A stretch of DNA of 64,000 nucleotides from Cetorhinus maximus (lineage: Eukaryota). Below the pieces are notes generated by a model that saw nothing but the letters and a program-made list of their open reading frames with translations, was not told where the DNA came from and searched no databases. Position 1 is the stretch's first letter. Every line of letters starts with the position of its first letter. Positions 1 to 13,250 of this stretch are shown in pieces. The stretch is from contig NC_135893.1 in the NCBI RefSeq assembly GCF_964194155.1, positions 22,506,001-22,570,000 on the forward strand, given 5' to 3'. A program made the position numbers and the translations under genes.

Positions 1-3000
1 TACCCTTTAATTTGGTGATTTAGAAATTGTCATAGCACTATTTACAAAAATAAAATTCTCTCCCAATACTGGATGCCCAAGACAGACCAGTTAATTTGAA
101 TAAACAGAGAAAAATCAGCTATTAAAAGGAAAAGTGCTCATGCATACAGTTTAATGTACCTCCGCTCACTTCAACACTGTGCTGAAAACACAAAGGAGAC
201 CAGTCACCATCTAATAGAGGTTCACATCCAAGGTGGGAATCCTTTTTAAAGAGTTTCTTCAAGACCATGAACTGCCCTTTCCCTGTTTCATATGCTGACA
301 GACCTGCTGTGCATTTCCATCATTTTCTGCTTTTCTTTGCATTGTGCAAGGCCTTCCAGACCAGAATCTCCTCACCGATTGTGGTAAGTCAAACATTAGT
401 GCACTCCTTCACAAACCAGCACTCTAAAAGTGAGACACTGGAATATCAGTTTAAGTCCCTAAAAAGAAAGAAAAATCCCTTTGGGCTGTAACACTTCATA
501 TAGGGGTTACATATAACAGTTTATCTCTGACCAAGATTTTAGTTCGGAGCTCCCCCAAATAGTTCAATGACTGTTTTCCTTGCCTCCATTTGCAAAACAC
601 CTCGGGAGAGGGAAATTTCTTACATCGAAGTAATTACATTACAGTGAAAATCTGGAACTTTCTTCCCCCAAAGAGCTGTTAAGGCCAATTGATTAAATGA
701 GGACTATTGAAATGACAAACCTGAGATTGATAAGATTTGGCTGGGCAAGGTATTAAAGAAAATGGAATGAAGGCAGGATTGAAAATTACTCAGGCCAACT
801 GCGAATTGAACATTTTAAATAAATTTAGTATTTTCAAAAAGTCTGAGGAATTTGTTTGGTTGGGACAGGTTCCCTCGCTTCCCTGGGATGGGGGGGAGCT
901 GTAGCGAGGTTGTGTTTTTCGGGTTAAAAGATGGGCTCAACCTCAGTGTAATCAGTTGCATTTCTAAAATAATTTCAATAAACTTGTGGGAGGACATCTG
1001 CTGCCAGCAAAAATGTCAACCGGCTGTCAAAGTAAGTTTCTGTCAAGTTGCTCAGGCTCAGGAATGAGATGGTGGAGCTGGCTGCAAAACTAACCCAGGT
1101 AGAAAAATGGTATGACTTGTTAAAAATGCACAAATTATTGGCAAAGAATTCCAAAAGCGGTTAGAAATGTGAAGCCCAATTTTTAAAAAAAATGTGCAAT
1201 TTGAAATAAAAAATGTTCTTGTTGTACCCTTGGATAGAATGGGAAGTATCTGAGTAAACTTCTACACATCAATTAATTTATGTAAAGTGCAAAGTTATCG
1301 ATAGTCAGTTCAGGACATCCATTATACACAAACATTATTAATATTTGATTTTTTGTTTTGGATAATACTGTGGAAAGTCACAGGATGTAAAAATCATTGT
1401 TTTTTTACTTTAAAAAACAACAAGATGAAAGGTCAAGTCCCAGGATGAAGACAGCAGCGAACATTCCAAAGGTCAGGAGAGAAAAGCTAAAGAGAGGCTG
1501 AACCAAGCTTGGGTTTTGAGAAGCTTGTCTAAACATAGGGAGGAAAGGAAAACGAAAGGAGGTGATGAGTTCCACTTTCTTCCTCAAAAACTAAAGAAAA
1601 ACTATCTTGAGTACATGATTCCACAAATCTAAATTTCTTCACAGGGGAACATATGGAGGAGGAGGAAATGCATTTAGGACAGAGTATTTGCCGCTTATGA
1701 GGAGCAGGAATGCAAAGTTCAAAGGAATACTGATCACATCAGTAACACACTGAAAATCCAAACTCTTTGGCATAGTCAAGTTTTGCTGCTCCCTAACCCT
1801 ATGAGAGGTGAAAATCTCTCATGCCCCTATGAAGCGATCCTGATGATTGAAATCAAATTCCAGCCTCGTTAATTATTTTCCTTTTAAAAGCAAATTTTAT
1901 AACCGTATCCCACAAATTTCAGAATAAGACCTCAGTGATTTCATCCTAAATGCCATACATGACATGGGAATATATTTCAGTTCCAATTCGCATTGTGCAT
2001 TTTTAAACTGGAATTTGTATTCACAGATAACCTACGCAGAGGCCCAGGGCTGGATTTTCCCAGCGGGTTTCTGAGCCCGCCCTTGCACCTTGTGGGAAAC
2101 AGTCACTCGTGGTGATTTCTCCCAGTGCGATCAGTTACTGGCCAGGGGGCAGGCTCACTGTCCAATTAAGGTTGAAGCTAAGTAAGGGAGATAGCGCTTC
2201 AAAACAGAGCCGCTCTCTCTCTCCAACTTAGTTTAAATTAAAAATGGCTTTTGTAGCCAGGTGACCACTGTCGAGGCAGTTCGGCGGGTGGGGGTGGGGG
2301 CTTGGGGTGGCCTCTACAGGGTGGTCTGCAGCTGATCCTGCGCCCAGGCTGACAGGGCCTCAGGCTGCCTATGGCACTAAACTGGCTCCAGCTGCCTGCA
2401 GAAACCCAAAGGCTGACTGGAAAGTCCCCCATTGGCCTCCTTTATCTGGCCTCAAGTAACCCGTTAACAAGTGGATTGATATCCACTGCAGGGCTGTCCT
2501 GCTGGACACCCCCACCACGAAATTCCGCCTCTGTAAATGGCTTGAGGGCAGGATAGAGCCAGAGGACCTGCACACTCGCTGGCCCACCTCTGATTCTGGT
2601 TCTAGTGGGGACTAAAAATTAAATGTCAATCGTTCAGGTTCCCCCTCCGTACGCATCGACTCGCTGCTGGGATACAGGTTCCTGCCCAAGTGGCCATTTC
2701 CCATCCATGAACCTACTCGCAACTGTGGAAAGGATCACAGCCTCGCCTGAGTATGCCCTCACCCAACATCTGCAGACACTCTTTCCGCTGGAGTTACTGG
2801 TACGTGGCTGATTCCCTCCTCATCCCAAGAACACTGCAGCTAAGTGAGTACAGGACAGGAATCAAATCTGACTCTTCCTATTCTGAATGCTTCAGTATTA
2901 TACTAGACAATACAATTATCAGTGAGCTATACCCTCCCAGATTTAAACAGCTTTTTTGTATGTACTGGCCTTTTATATTTAGCATTCTGGATGTAATAAC

Positions 3001-3683
3001 CATCTAAATGTAAACCAAGTCTAACAAAAATATCACCGTATAGTTAAGAATAACAATCCTGTGTAGGCAGTTACATCTGCCACCCTGAGTAGCTATGGTT
3101 TTACTGGGTTGTTACAGGTATTAATGGTTCTTCATTTCTGAATGTCACAGCCCCTTGACCACGACGTTCAAAATGGGATTTGACTTTGACACTTCCAGCT
3201 CCACGAAAGCGCCACTGGTCCACCTTATTGATTGGTATCAACATGAAAGCAGGTTAAGTACCAAACTCCAATGGATCAATAATGGCATTCCTTGCACCTG
3301 GATAGAAGTGACAAATCACTTGGGGCAGCTGAGCGGACAAGCCAATGTGAAAGCACCAGTCCTGAATGAAGAATTTAAGTGGTTCTATTAGGTGCACTTT
3401 ACACCCACTGGGTCTTTATATTTCTGTCAGTGGCTTCATGTGTTGATTGATTTCCAGTGGTAGCAGAATCGTGCGCCGAACATTTATCTTCAGTCAGTGG
3501 CAACATGACGACATATAAGAACTTGTCTCACAATTTTCCTTGAGTTTGAGGTTTCTCTGATGATTTTACGTTGAGTATTTGCCAATTTCTTGCTTCAAAA
3601 AAAAGTTTTCTAAAATAAACCAGGTTTTCCCATGAGACTGGTTTAATTTACTGTGGTGTTCATCATTTTCGTCTCATCCTGCC

Positions 3684-3776
3684 TCACTGGTAAAGAGTTC
3701 TGTGCCCATTTGCAATAATTAATGGCTTTCTTTCATCGGAGTTCTGCCCTTTATATGTGAAAAACTGAAACAAAAT
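3684..3776 (-). CDS. SLC66A1: SLC66A1/PQLC2 last coding exon (ILFQFFTYKGQNSDERKPLIIANGHRTLYQ*)
   Basis: ctctgcag acceptor; phase 0 continues the previous exon; carries a [DE]xxxL[LI] lysosomal sorting motif (ERKPLI) as in the PQLC2 C-terminus; TGA stop. Confidence 0.88.
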   Translation of the reverse strand: MLFQFFTYKGQNSDERKPLIIANGHRTLYQ

Positions 3777-5821
3777 CTGCAGAGGTTTTATTAAGGATAA
3801 GCAAATTGTTTTGTGCGCTCAAGGTAAATCATGTTGGTACGTGGAAAGGAAACATATCCCACTTTTGGCACCCAGGCTCATTTACAAAAAACTCCAGGTC
3901 AGGCACAGCAGGGCCAAGGTCTAGGGTGAACCTCCATCTGCCCTGCTCCAAAACACCTTAAAACAAGTTCCTCCTCTCTCACCCTCAATTTCACCAATAA
4001 GACATTTCCTTCCACACTAGCCACCCAGACAGCTTGTTAATTTGTCAATTTAATGCTAAACATTACCCCCCCCACCTCAAACAGCAGCCCCCAACCTCAA
4101 AAAAAAAATCACCTGGTCATTCTTCTTTGTGCTGTTTGTAGAATCGCATTCACAAAATGGTTGCCATGGCTTCCTACAAAATAGTCCCCACATTTTCAAA
4201 GTAATCCAGTGTACACGAAGCACCTTTCAGAATATCCCCGGAGATAAGATAAAGGTAATCATGGATAATTTTGGCTTGTAGGCCCATGTTCACTCGAAAA
4301 AAGGACTGAACCAGCCAAATGCATTCATATTGGATATTTCCTACATTGCCAGGGTGATAACACTTCAAAAATACTCCAGTGGTTGTAACATGCTTTGGGG
4401 CATGAATAAATATGTTTTTTTTTACAACCCACAAGAGGGACCTTCATCCCAAGAGTCCAGGTTGGATTCTTGCATAAGTCCAGTTTGCGCTGCTACAGGA
4501 GAGTCCAACAGGTATCAAAGAAAACGTTAATCTTTAACGATTAACCTCAAAGCAAAAAATCCCCCATCACATGACATCTCAGCTCACCTGCTCACAGGTG
4601 CACACAGCTGTCCTAAAAGAGCCGCCACTCTGCCCCTTTTCCGTGAAGTGCATTAGTGTTGACTGAACCTTTACATTCATGAAGAAAACCTGCCCCCTGC
4701 CCGGGTATATTCAGTTAAAGGTTTCCTTAAAAAAATCCAACATCAATAAATAAACCAGAATAAAAAAAGACTCTGGTTGCTTTGGCAATGTCAGGGCCTT
4801 CACCAATTGATAGGGAACGGAACAATTATACACATCTAAAACTTAACTAAAAATCCCATACGGAAAGATGCTTGCTCTCTTCCAAGGGACTGCTGGTTCT
4901 ATGCAAAATTCCTCAGTTATTCAGTCTCAAACACACAGGTGCAGAGGCAATGAACAATATTCCAGTTCAAACTCTAGCAGTGTTCCATTCTATGAATATT
5001 AACTGAAGGACCCCTAATGCTGCTTCGAAATTGTCCAGAGGCCTCCTTTAATGGGATATAAAGAGCTGATCTTCCCTCCCCTTCTTCCAACTGTGAATGG
5101 CTAACTTAGCATTTGGGAACGGAATAAAGTGAGCTGCCTGTAGTACACAGCAGCTGCAATCCTTGCTATTCGCACTGGGATTAGTGACGGTGCTGAGCTG
5201 GTTTTTTTGTAGCAAACACTGATTCACTGTGGAACACTTCACTCAGCTTCCCTCTGATGTTCCATTACTGCACTAGATGCAACCCAAGGGCAAAGTGGAG
5301 AGACTGGGTCAAGGCTGCATCGAAGGCACATTTACTACCTCATGCCATATTCAGACTCTTTATCTCTATTTTTCTCTCCTCCTGTGCAGAAGGTACTATC
5401 TAGGGTTTTATTTAATGAGTAAGCCACCCTTCTGTCCCTCACTCAAGTGCACATTCTTCATGTCCAAATCTAGATTGTCAGGCTATTCAACTTTTGTAAG
5501 CATCACAACCAAGCTCAATCCAGTCTCTGCCCCTCTTCTGTACAGAGGCAGTGTCCAGCAGGAGTGATTGGATAGTCGTGGGGATGAGCACCAGCCCAGC
5601 GGGCACTGAGGCCAACTACAGCAATACTACTACTGCCATTCTGGCTGGTGCCAAACACTCATTGGAAACTAGAAATGAAACCTGGGCCTTTCAGGACCTC
5701 ACGAAGCTATTCCACACCGGGTGGCATGGTTATCTGCAGCCATCAGCGGAGCCCCTCCAGAATATCTGGCCATGAGGCACAATTGCAGAAGCCAGAGGAG
5801 TTTTGGAGGGTAAAAGGATAC

Positions 5822-6007
5822 CATAAGGTCAAGTCCCATAGTTCCAAAGCTGCCAATCAACCAGGGAAGATGATGCACCACATAGTTGCCCTCACTTTGC
5901 CCTTCTTTTGGGGTTTTCAGCAGCACACTCAGGCCGTATGCAAGATTCCCTATAATCATCAGAGCAAAGAGGAAGGGGGAGATGCCTTCTGTGGACTTCC
6001 TTTTCAT
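5822..6007 (-). CDS. SLC66A1: SLC66A1 coding exon 6 (MKRKSTEGISPFLFALMIIGNLAYGLSVLLK...HHLPWLIGSFGTMGLDLM)
   Basis: ttcttctcag acceptor and gtatcc donor; 186 nt; recognisable PQLC2 sequence (KSTEGIS, HHLPWL). Confidence 0.96.
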
Positions 6008-6165
6008 CTGAGAAGAAAAAAAACATAATTTTAAAAAGGAAAATACAAATAGCATTTCTTCCCCTCACTCCACTCCTCTGGAATCTTTCTGGGATTTGGA
6101 TGCACTATAGGCTTCAGTACCGCACAGTGTGCGACCATCAGCATGACAGCCTCTCAAACACTTAC

Positions 6166-6258
6166 GGTTCTGCACAGTTGAGGTAATCTAGACGCGAGGT
6201 AAAATACAGACGAAAAGGAACCAATTGTAAATCCGATGATTTCTTTAATAGTAAATAC
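6166..6258 (-). CDS. SLC66A1: SLC66A1 coding exon 5 (VFTIKEIIGFTIGSFSSVFYLASRLPQLCRT), second PQ loop
   Basis: tttgcag acceptor and gtaagt donor; 93 nt; SRLPQ motif. Confidence 0.96.
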
Positions 6259-6621
6259 CTGCAAATGACAAGATGACAGACTGAATAGAAACAGTTTAAT
6301 GTGATAACTAAAAGGAGAACCAATATTACAAATGCTTATGAACGTATGAACTAGGAGGAGGCCACTCGGCCCTTCGCGGCTGCTCCACCATTCAATTAGA
6401 TTGTGGCTGATCTTGTTGAATAGCAGTTGAGCTTTTATTCCCTGTAATGAACTTTGTGGTTCTTCAAGGACTGGACCGATTCCAATGGAATCAGGGGAGG
6501 GAGTGTGTTACAATCAAGCTTTCTAACCAAATATTCAAAGGATTGCTCTCTTACAATAATAAAAATACAAAAAGGAAGTATACAAGGGCAAGTTATTTAA
6601 TTGGATTTACAGTGGGGGGGA

Positions 6622-6825
6622 GAAAGCAGGTCGGGGGGGAGGGGGAGGGGGAGGGGAGCGGGTAGAGAGAGGGGGAGGGGAGCGGGTAGAGAGAGGGGGA
6701 GGGGAGCGGGTAGAGAGAGAGAGAGAGAGAGAGAGGGTAGAGAGAAAGCGCGAGAGCAGGTAAAGAGAGAGAGTAGGTAGAGAGAGGGGCGGAGAGGCGG
6801 CTAGATGGAAAGAGAGGCAGAGTGA
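6622..6825. repeat. Purine-rich simple repeat: three ~24-bp units (gggggaggggagcgggtagagaga) and (GA)n
   Basis: Directly visible in the sequence. Confidence 0.9.
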
Positions 6826-7878
6826 ATAGAGTTCAACTACACAAATCTTTATTGCATTTTTTTCCTGCAGCTGAGAAAGCAGAAAAGCATTGGGATCCTC
6901 AGTGTAATAAATACCTCGTTAAAAAAGAGGAAATGTTACATCTGTAGAAATCATTGATTAGATCAGCGAAAATATGTTCAATTTTGGATGGTCGGCTATA
7001 GGAAGACTGTTAAAACCATGGGAAGGGTGCAAAAGGGATTTACAAAGGCGTGAAAGTAGTTTAGGAAACACTTGAGAACTCTTGTGCAAATGGCAATTGA
7101 TGCTGGATTAATAGTAAATTTTGAATATGATTGGCAAATTTTTATGAATCTGAGGGATTTGGGGCAAAGGCAGGTATACGGAATTAGGTCACAGATCAAC
7201 CACTAAATGCCAGACCAGACTTAACGGGCAAAAATCTTCTCCTATGTCATGACTGAGAGGCTCTAGTTATGAAGAGAATCTAGTGAAATGGAGGGTGAAT
7301 GGGTGCTGGGTGGGGTCTTTTCGTTAGGACATAGAAAGTTAAGGCGAGATGTGAAAGAGGTGTTGATCATGGAGAGGTTTGATACAGGCTCAAGGATTAG
7401 GGTTCTGTATGTCCATCATTTTATCTCTCTTCTGTTAATCACTTCTTCAATTCCCTTCCCTTGAAAACTTGCACTTAAAAATAGAGTGGGCATTCAAACT
7501 CCTGCTCGGAGGCTACTGTCAATTCAGCAACAGTAACCCAAGCATCTCCGTCTTTGTATTTCTCAGTTGTGGGTTTGTCCAATTTGATGTTTTTGGAGCC
7601 TGGAGGTTTGCAAAATGTGGTTCCTAGTAGTTTTGACTCATTGGTGAATAAATCTGAAAATGCCAAGATTTGTTTGTTTTCAGCAGCCTCAGACATTTGA
7701 GAGCAGGTAAACTCTATACAGCTGGACCAGACTCCATGATACACAGCAAAACAGCTCATGAAGACAAAACGTTTGGACATCTTTGCCTTAAAGGATGCGA
7801 GTGGATGTGAGTAAACGTGCATGGACTCAGGCAGATGCTATCTTTTGTGCAGAGAGTGATGGTTAAGTTAGAACTGAC

Positions 7879-8030
7879 CTGGTTAGCAGATAAATCAGAA
7901 ACAGCCAATAGAGAACGGCTAGTGGGCCTCGGCCTTTCTTGAATTGGAGACCCAAAGTCTTTCCCTGGTAGCAAGGAGACAGTGGCTCCAAGCATCACAA
8001 ATGCAACAACAGCGTTGATTGCAGTTCCAT
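7879..8030 (-). CDS. SLC66A1: SLC66A1 coding exon 4 (GTAINAVVAFVMLGATVSLLPGKDFG...RSLLAVSDLSANQ)
   Basis: tttctttcag acceptor and gtcagt donor; 152 nt; phases match both flanking exons. Confidence 0.92.
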
Positions 8031-8129
8031 CTGAAAGAAACCACAGCTTTAAATTCTTTGCACATCGGAAACATTTTAATGTTTAGGAGTAATTTGAAAC
8101 ATTTGCTCAATGAACAGAGATGGTTAGTA

Positions 8130-8800
8130 TCCAGAAAAACATGAAATGCTGGAAATACTCAGCAAGCCAAGCAGCATCTATGCAGAGAGAAACAGTCAAC
8201 ATTTCAGACTGATGACCTTTTGTGTCAGAACTGGAAAAACGTCAAGAGATGTGAAAGGTTTTAAGTACACAGGCAGGGAAGGGGCAGGGGAAGAGGGGAA
8301 AAGAACAAAGGGGAAGGTCTGTATTAGGGTGGAGAGGAGAGATTAAATGACAAAAGGGATGATGGTGCAAGGCAAAGGGGATGGTAATGGGACACAAAGA
8401 AACAAAAAAAAAGGAATAACAGAAACATTACCTGCTGTCCAATGACAAACTGGAGTAGTGGTTATGATCTGATATTGTAGAACTTAATGTTGATTACAAG
8501 GTTGCAAAATACTCAATTGAAAGACGGGGTGCTGTTCCTCAAGCTTCATTAGAACAAAGTCAAAGCCACAGACAGAACGGGAGGGGAGGAACATTCAAAT
8601 GGAAAGCGACTAGCAGCTTAGCAAAGCAATCACCCAGTCTATGTCCCAATGTAGAGCAGACTCCATCGTGAGGTATGCTGCCACTCTGATCTCTCTATTC
8701 TCTGCCTCCCACATTGTTCCAATGAAGCTCAACAAGAGCTCGAGGAACAGCACCTCATCTTTCAATCGGAAGGGTCAGCTCAGTGAGAGACCGTGGTTTG
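8130..8800 (-). mobile_element. Old Penelope-like fragment; similar ends at ~17480-17620, 24570-24900, 37530-37620, 43895-43982
   Basis: aaatgctggaaatactcagca..gcagcatct..gagagaaacag family end; ggtgctgttcctc motif. Confidence 0.7.
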
Positions 8801-10485
8801 GAAGTGGTGGGATGTATGTATGGTATGTGGAAAGCTACTTGAAAGGCACTTACCTGCTGGAACCAACGTCTTTGCCTCCCTTTAGCTTGTGGGTTTGGCC
8901 AGGGCAAAATCGAAAATAGAGATTGTTTTGAAGCACGCAACCTCATTATAATATTGAAGTGACCAACCTGCCCCCTGGGGGATGGCTGATTGGTTGACTG
9001 CCTCTACTCCCAACTCAATTAAAGCCAGAAGTGAGCAGACTGGATTTGGGTCAGATGGGATGTAATAATGTAAATCTCAAATCCAAGATTTGGGGGTTAA
9101 AATTCCTACCTATGTCCCTGCACACTGCAACAGTCATGAATTTGGCCAACAAATTTTTAAAAATTCTAGACTCTTCTTCCAATTGGCACTAGACCCAAAA
9201 CCCACTGGTGCATTCGTTTCAAGACGAGTCCGGCAGCACACTTCCCTGGAACCCTTGAAATGTTACGTTCTGGTTCATGTTTGACAGGTTTATCCTTAAT
9301 AAATTGGTAATAAAAGCCCAGAAAAATAAGTGACATTTGGATTTATCCATTTTCAAAAGACTATACAGAGCATCATTTCTCCAACACCAACCTCAAGTTA
9401 CTCTTCTCTTCTCTCTTTACAAAGGTACTCCCCTCCCTCTAACCATCACACTGCCCCTCCAACCACATTATCATGGGCACTCTCACTGGTCCATTTTGCT
9501 AAACAAGGGGTCTTCCCACACTCTGATCATCCCAATTAATACTGGCCTGGTGGAGCTCCTTTAAAGCTCCTTCCCCACCATCATTGAATCCCCTACTCCA
9601 CCACCCACAGCACTATTCCTGCTCCAGTAGTGAAAAGCTGTTCTGTGCAAGAATTTTCACAATAACCCTGCTTTATCAAACAGCAGATACTCAGAGATTG
9701 CAGAGTCATAGCGACAGATGAGGCTGGAAACAAAGCTCATTTTTTGCCACTTTGGCAGCTTCGAAGTGTACACACATTGCTTTTGCCCGCTGTGTCCATA
9801 GCAATACCAAAGATTAGCATACTTCAGGGAAAGAGAATCAAGAAAATCAACTGAGCTTCCCAGCTTTGATCATCTAATGACTGCTGTGGGGATGTGTATG
9901 TAGATTCTAGGTGAGGGTAGGACCAGGTTCTGATATGATGCCTGCGCCCCTCAGCAAGTATCCTGCCAACAGAGCTCATGCAGGAATAATGGCTACTTTG
10001 GTCACGCACCAGAGCACTGCTGGCATCTGTGGAACTGTACTGGAACAACAGTCTGGTGAGGAAAATGTTACTGCTTCATTACTAGTAACCCTTCCCAACC
10101 AAATTCAAGCCCCAACTCTATGTCCAAAATGGCTGCAATGGACAGAATGCATCATCAAATAATGCAATATTCGATATTTCATTTGTGAAAGCCAAGAATT
10201 CAGTGTTATGTCCACTGAAAGGATGACAACTACAGCCATCACACTAATGCATGGGCTAAATAGTCTTCAGTGTTGTATCATTCTCCAATTGCACATATTG
10301 TCTATGCCTGGCTTCCATCAAACCTGTAAGCAACTATATCTATTGCAGTACATGAAATGTCAGACTTAGCATACTTCTTACAAAGACAAGCATAAGATAT
10401 AAGAGAGAATCTGGCAGAGGGCCTCAAAGAGCAATTAAATAGCAATTAACTACTATTAAATAGTAGTTAACAAAGAGTCACTCAC

Positions 10486-10573
10486 ATCGTCTGGACCTAT
10501 TCTTCCACTTGTAATAAGCATACAGTGAGACCATCATCACATCCACCATGACATAATACACAGCGGTGTAAGT
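10486..10573 (-). CDS. SLC66A1: SLC66A1 coding exon 3 (TYTAVYYVMVDVMMVSLYAYYKWKNRSRR)
   Basis: ttcttccag acceptor and gtgagt donor; 88 nt; TYTAVYYV is a PQLC2 signature. Confidence 0.96.
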
Positions 10574-10976
10574 CTGGAAGAACAAACAACAACAGTAGAG
10601 ATAGGACAGACATAACTAATTAAAATAGTTCACTTAAATACAAATCATCAGCAAAACATGTTCTTTAAAGCAACATGGCCAGACTCAAGGGTAGTGCTGG
10701 TGTCTGGTGGAATTGAATCAAAACTATCCCAATGCCTCAGTGCATAAAGTAGGGTTATTAAGCCACATTGACCAGATGCTCCAGGTTCCAGGCCTGGTCT
10801 GTGTGGTGTTCGCTGGTCTTGTTTTCAGTGGGGGTGGGGTGATAGGAGGCTGCATCTGGACTTCTGGTTTGTAAAATTCCGTTTCACACAGTCAGCAAGG
10901 AAGAGAATTTTTCTTTTTTTTTCTTAAACATAATGATATCGATCTGGCTGGTTGTTTTCCAAGCGAGAGGCACAAA

Positions 10977-13250
10977 TGTTGGGAAGGAAACAGCTAACTC
11001 ACAAGGGGTTCAATTGTTAATCATCAGTTAACAATCTAAGTACCCATTTGGATGTATAAAAAGGAAACAGGTGAGGCAAGTTCTCTCTATTATAGAGGAT
11101 TTTATGCACTAGAAATGAAACTATCTAAAGGAGTCGGTTTTGGTCTCAGTCTTTATTGCCAAACAACTATTGAAGCTTAATAAATGTCACAGAAGATGGT
11201 GGCTGCTTGTAAGTAAAAAAGACTGGAAACTAAGTTTTCTTTGGACAAAAGACTGTATTTGGCATTAACTTTAAGGGCAGAGTGGTTTAGAATCACTCAA
11301 AAATGGCTGAATCAAAATGTAGTGTGTCAGGGTACAATTACACCGATGTTTTCTGAGCGTCTTCCATATGACCAATGGAAGAATGAAGTAACCATGTGGA
11401 CATGGGTTACGTCCTTGTCAAAGTAAAAACAGGGAATGGTCTTGGCACTTTTGTTACCATGCAAAAGCAAAATAAGATGCAAAAGCATTTTTGGAGTTGG
11501 AGCCTGAGCGTTTGGACGCAGGTCTATGGATAAGATCTATCAAAAAGACGATTTATTAAGTGCTTATGAAGAGTGATCAGATTTTGACAAATTTAAGAAG
11601 CTGGAGGATAGTTCCAGATTACATAATGGAATTCAGTAGACTATGTGCAAGATTGCAAAAATTCTGTCTGGAAATTCCCCAACCAGTGCTGGTATTTAAG
11701 TTACTAGAGTGTACCAAGGTATCGAATGTGGACAGACTTCTAGTTTTGATGGGAGTTAAGTTTGTGGAATGACACCCACTGCTAGAACAGATGCTCTTTA
11801 AAAAAGAAAATGCCTCGGAAAACATTCCTTTATCCGGCAGCGTTCGTGGTGTAATGAGCCATTTGGTGGTAAGACAGAAAATGGAGAAGGCAATGTTAAC
11901 GGGATGGCGAGATAATCTAGAAACAGGACACAGGCATCAGCACAAAAGGAGATTTGTAACTAGAAACGACGAGGACAGAAACACCTTTGACAGTTATGGC
12001 AGGAAAAAAGAATTGGGGAATTATCACAAAAGAATGAACCCCAGAAATGCCCGGAGTGTGGTCAATTGGTGTTTTAGATGCGATTCAAAATACCATTATT
12101 TTATACCAAAGAACTCTCATAAATGATGTGTTTGAAATTAAACATGAGACAGAAGGCTCCGAAGAAGATGGAGATATTGACTAAAGAGAGGGTATTGTAT
12201 TAGTTACAAAAGTTTCAGCCCAGTGATGAATGTCTTGGTTGCAGAGTCCTTCAACTGTGTGGTGCTAGATAACAGATGCGCATCTGTGTGTGGTTAAATA
12301 GACTGGTTAAAATGCTAAATAAAAATAAAAATACCTGGAAAAACTCAACAGGTCTGGCAGCATCTGCGGAGAGGAACACAGTTAACATTTCGAGTCCGTA
12401 TGACTCTTCAACAGAACTAAGGGGGGTGGGACAAGTAGAGCCCCCCTAAAACCAGCTTATATTTCACTTCTATTTTTACTTAGTTCTGTTGAAGAGTCAT
12501 ACGGACTCGAAACGTTAACTGTGTTCCTCTCCGCAGATGCTGCCAGACCTGCTGAGTTTTTCCAGGTATTTTTATTTTTGTTTTGGATTTCCAGCATCCG
12601 CAGCCGTTTTTTGCTTTTATCTTGGTGGTTAAAATGCTACCTGGACTACTTAAATGACAAGGATCAGGATAAGGTTAAGGAATTTGAGTTCCACCAGTTT
12701 TGGATTTGGAGATGATGATGGTACCCTAAGATCTTTAAAAAGGGTAGTGATTCCCTGTAAGGTAGCTGGAATCAATCATTTCTAGCGAAATATTGTTACT
12801 GTTGAGCAGGCCATTGATGTAGAAAGCGTAAATGAAGCTGGACATGGAAAATGACAGGGCTATTTTAATTGTAAAACCTGTGGATTTACAATTCATGCAA
12901 TCTGGACACTACTGTATTCCTTTAATGAAGTGTGGACATTTGTTGTCTTTTAAAAGGGGGGATAAGGGGGATTTATCAAATGGAAATAGATATATTGATG
13001 TTTGTAATATGTAAGAGAAGATCTATCTTCATTAGTTTTTTTTGTGATTATATATACTTAAGGGTTACTTTTATCCTAAGAAGAGGGGAATCTGTTGGGG
13101 AACCTCTCTCTCTCCCTCCCTCTTCCCCCACCCTCTGGTTGGAACTAATACAGTGCTTTAAAATTTCATCTTGGAGTCTAGAGAATCCCAAGCCAATATC
13201 TCGCGAGAGATTTAATTACACAAGGCATATTAATTGTTATGCCTATGATA
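10977..13250 (+). mobile_element. Decayed, internally deleted LTR retrotransposon (gag + protease), probably Ty1/copia GalEa-like
   Basis: YDQWKNEV.MW..VTSL.K*KQG..LAL gag start; zinc-knuckle remnant CFRCDSKYH; protease VLDN..CASVCG..DWLKCYLD; KLDMENDRA..SGHYCIPL; polypurine tract aagaagaggggaa before tgttgggg at 13093. Confidence 0.7.
12318..12625. mobile_element. Penelope-like element end forming an inverted repeat, inserted in the LTR element
   Basis: Arms ~12320-12421 and ~12479-12580 are near-perfect reverse complements; 14-bp TSD tggttaaaatgcta at 12304-12317 and 12626-12639; same sequence as the end of the Penelope at 55080-55230. Confidence 0.88.

Noticed and set aside
2047-2620. MITE beginning gggctggattttcc
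   Set aside because: Left end resembles Harbinger-type TIRs but no matching right TIR could be fixed, so it is not listed as a feature
3101-3244. Minus-strand short ORF ending NEEPLIPVTTQ* as an alternative SLC66A1 last exon with a dileucine motif
   Set aside because: The nearby acceptor (~3297) does not read into this frame without a stop; the exon at 3684-3776 matches PQLC2 better
4158-4175. GTTGCCATGGCTTC as an RFX X-box
   Set aside because: Lies within a decayed Deu-domain SINE segment and is explained by that consensus
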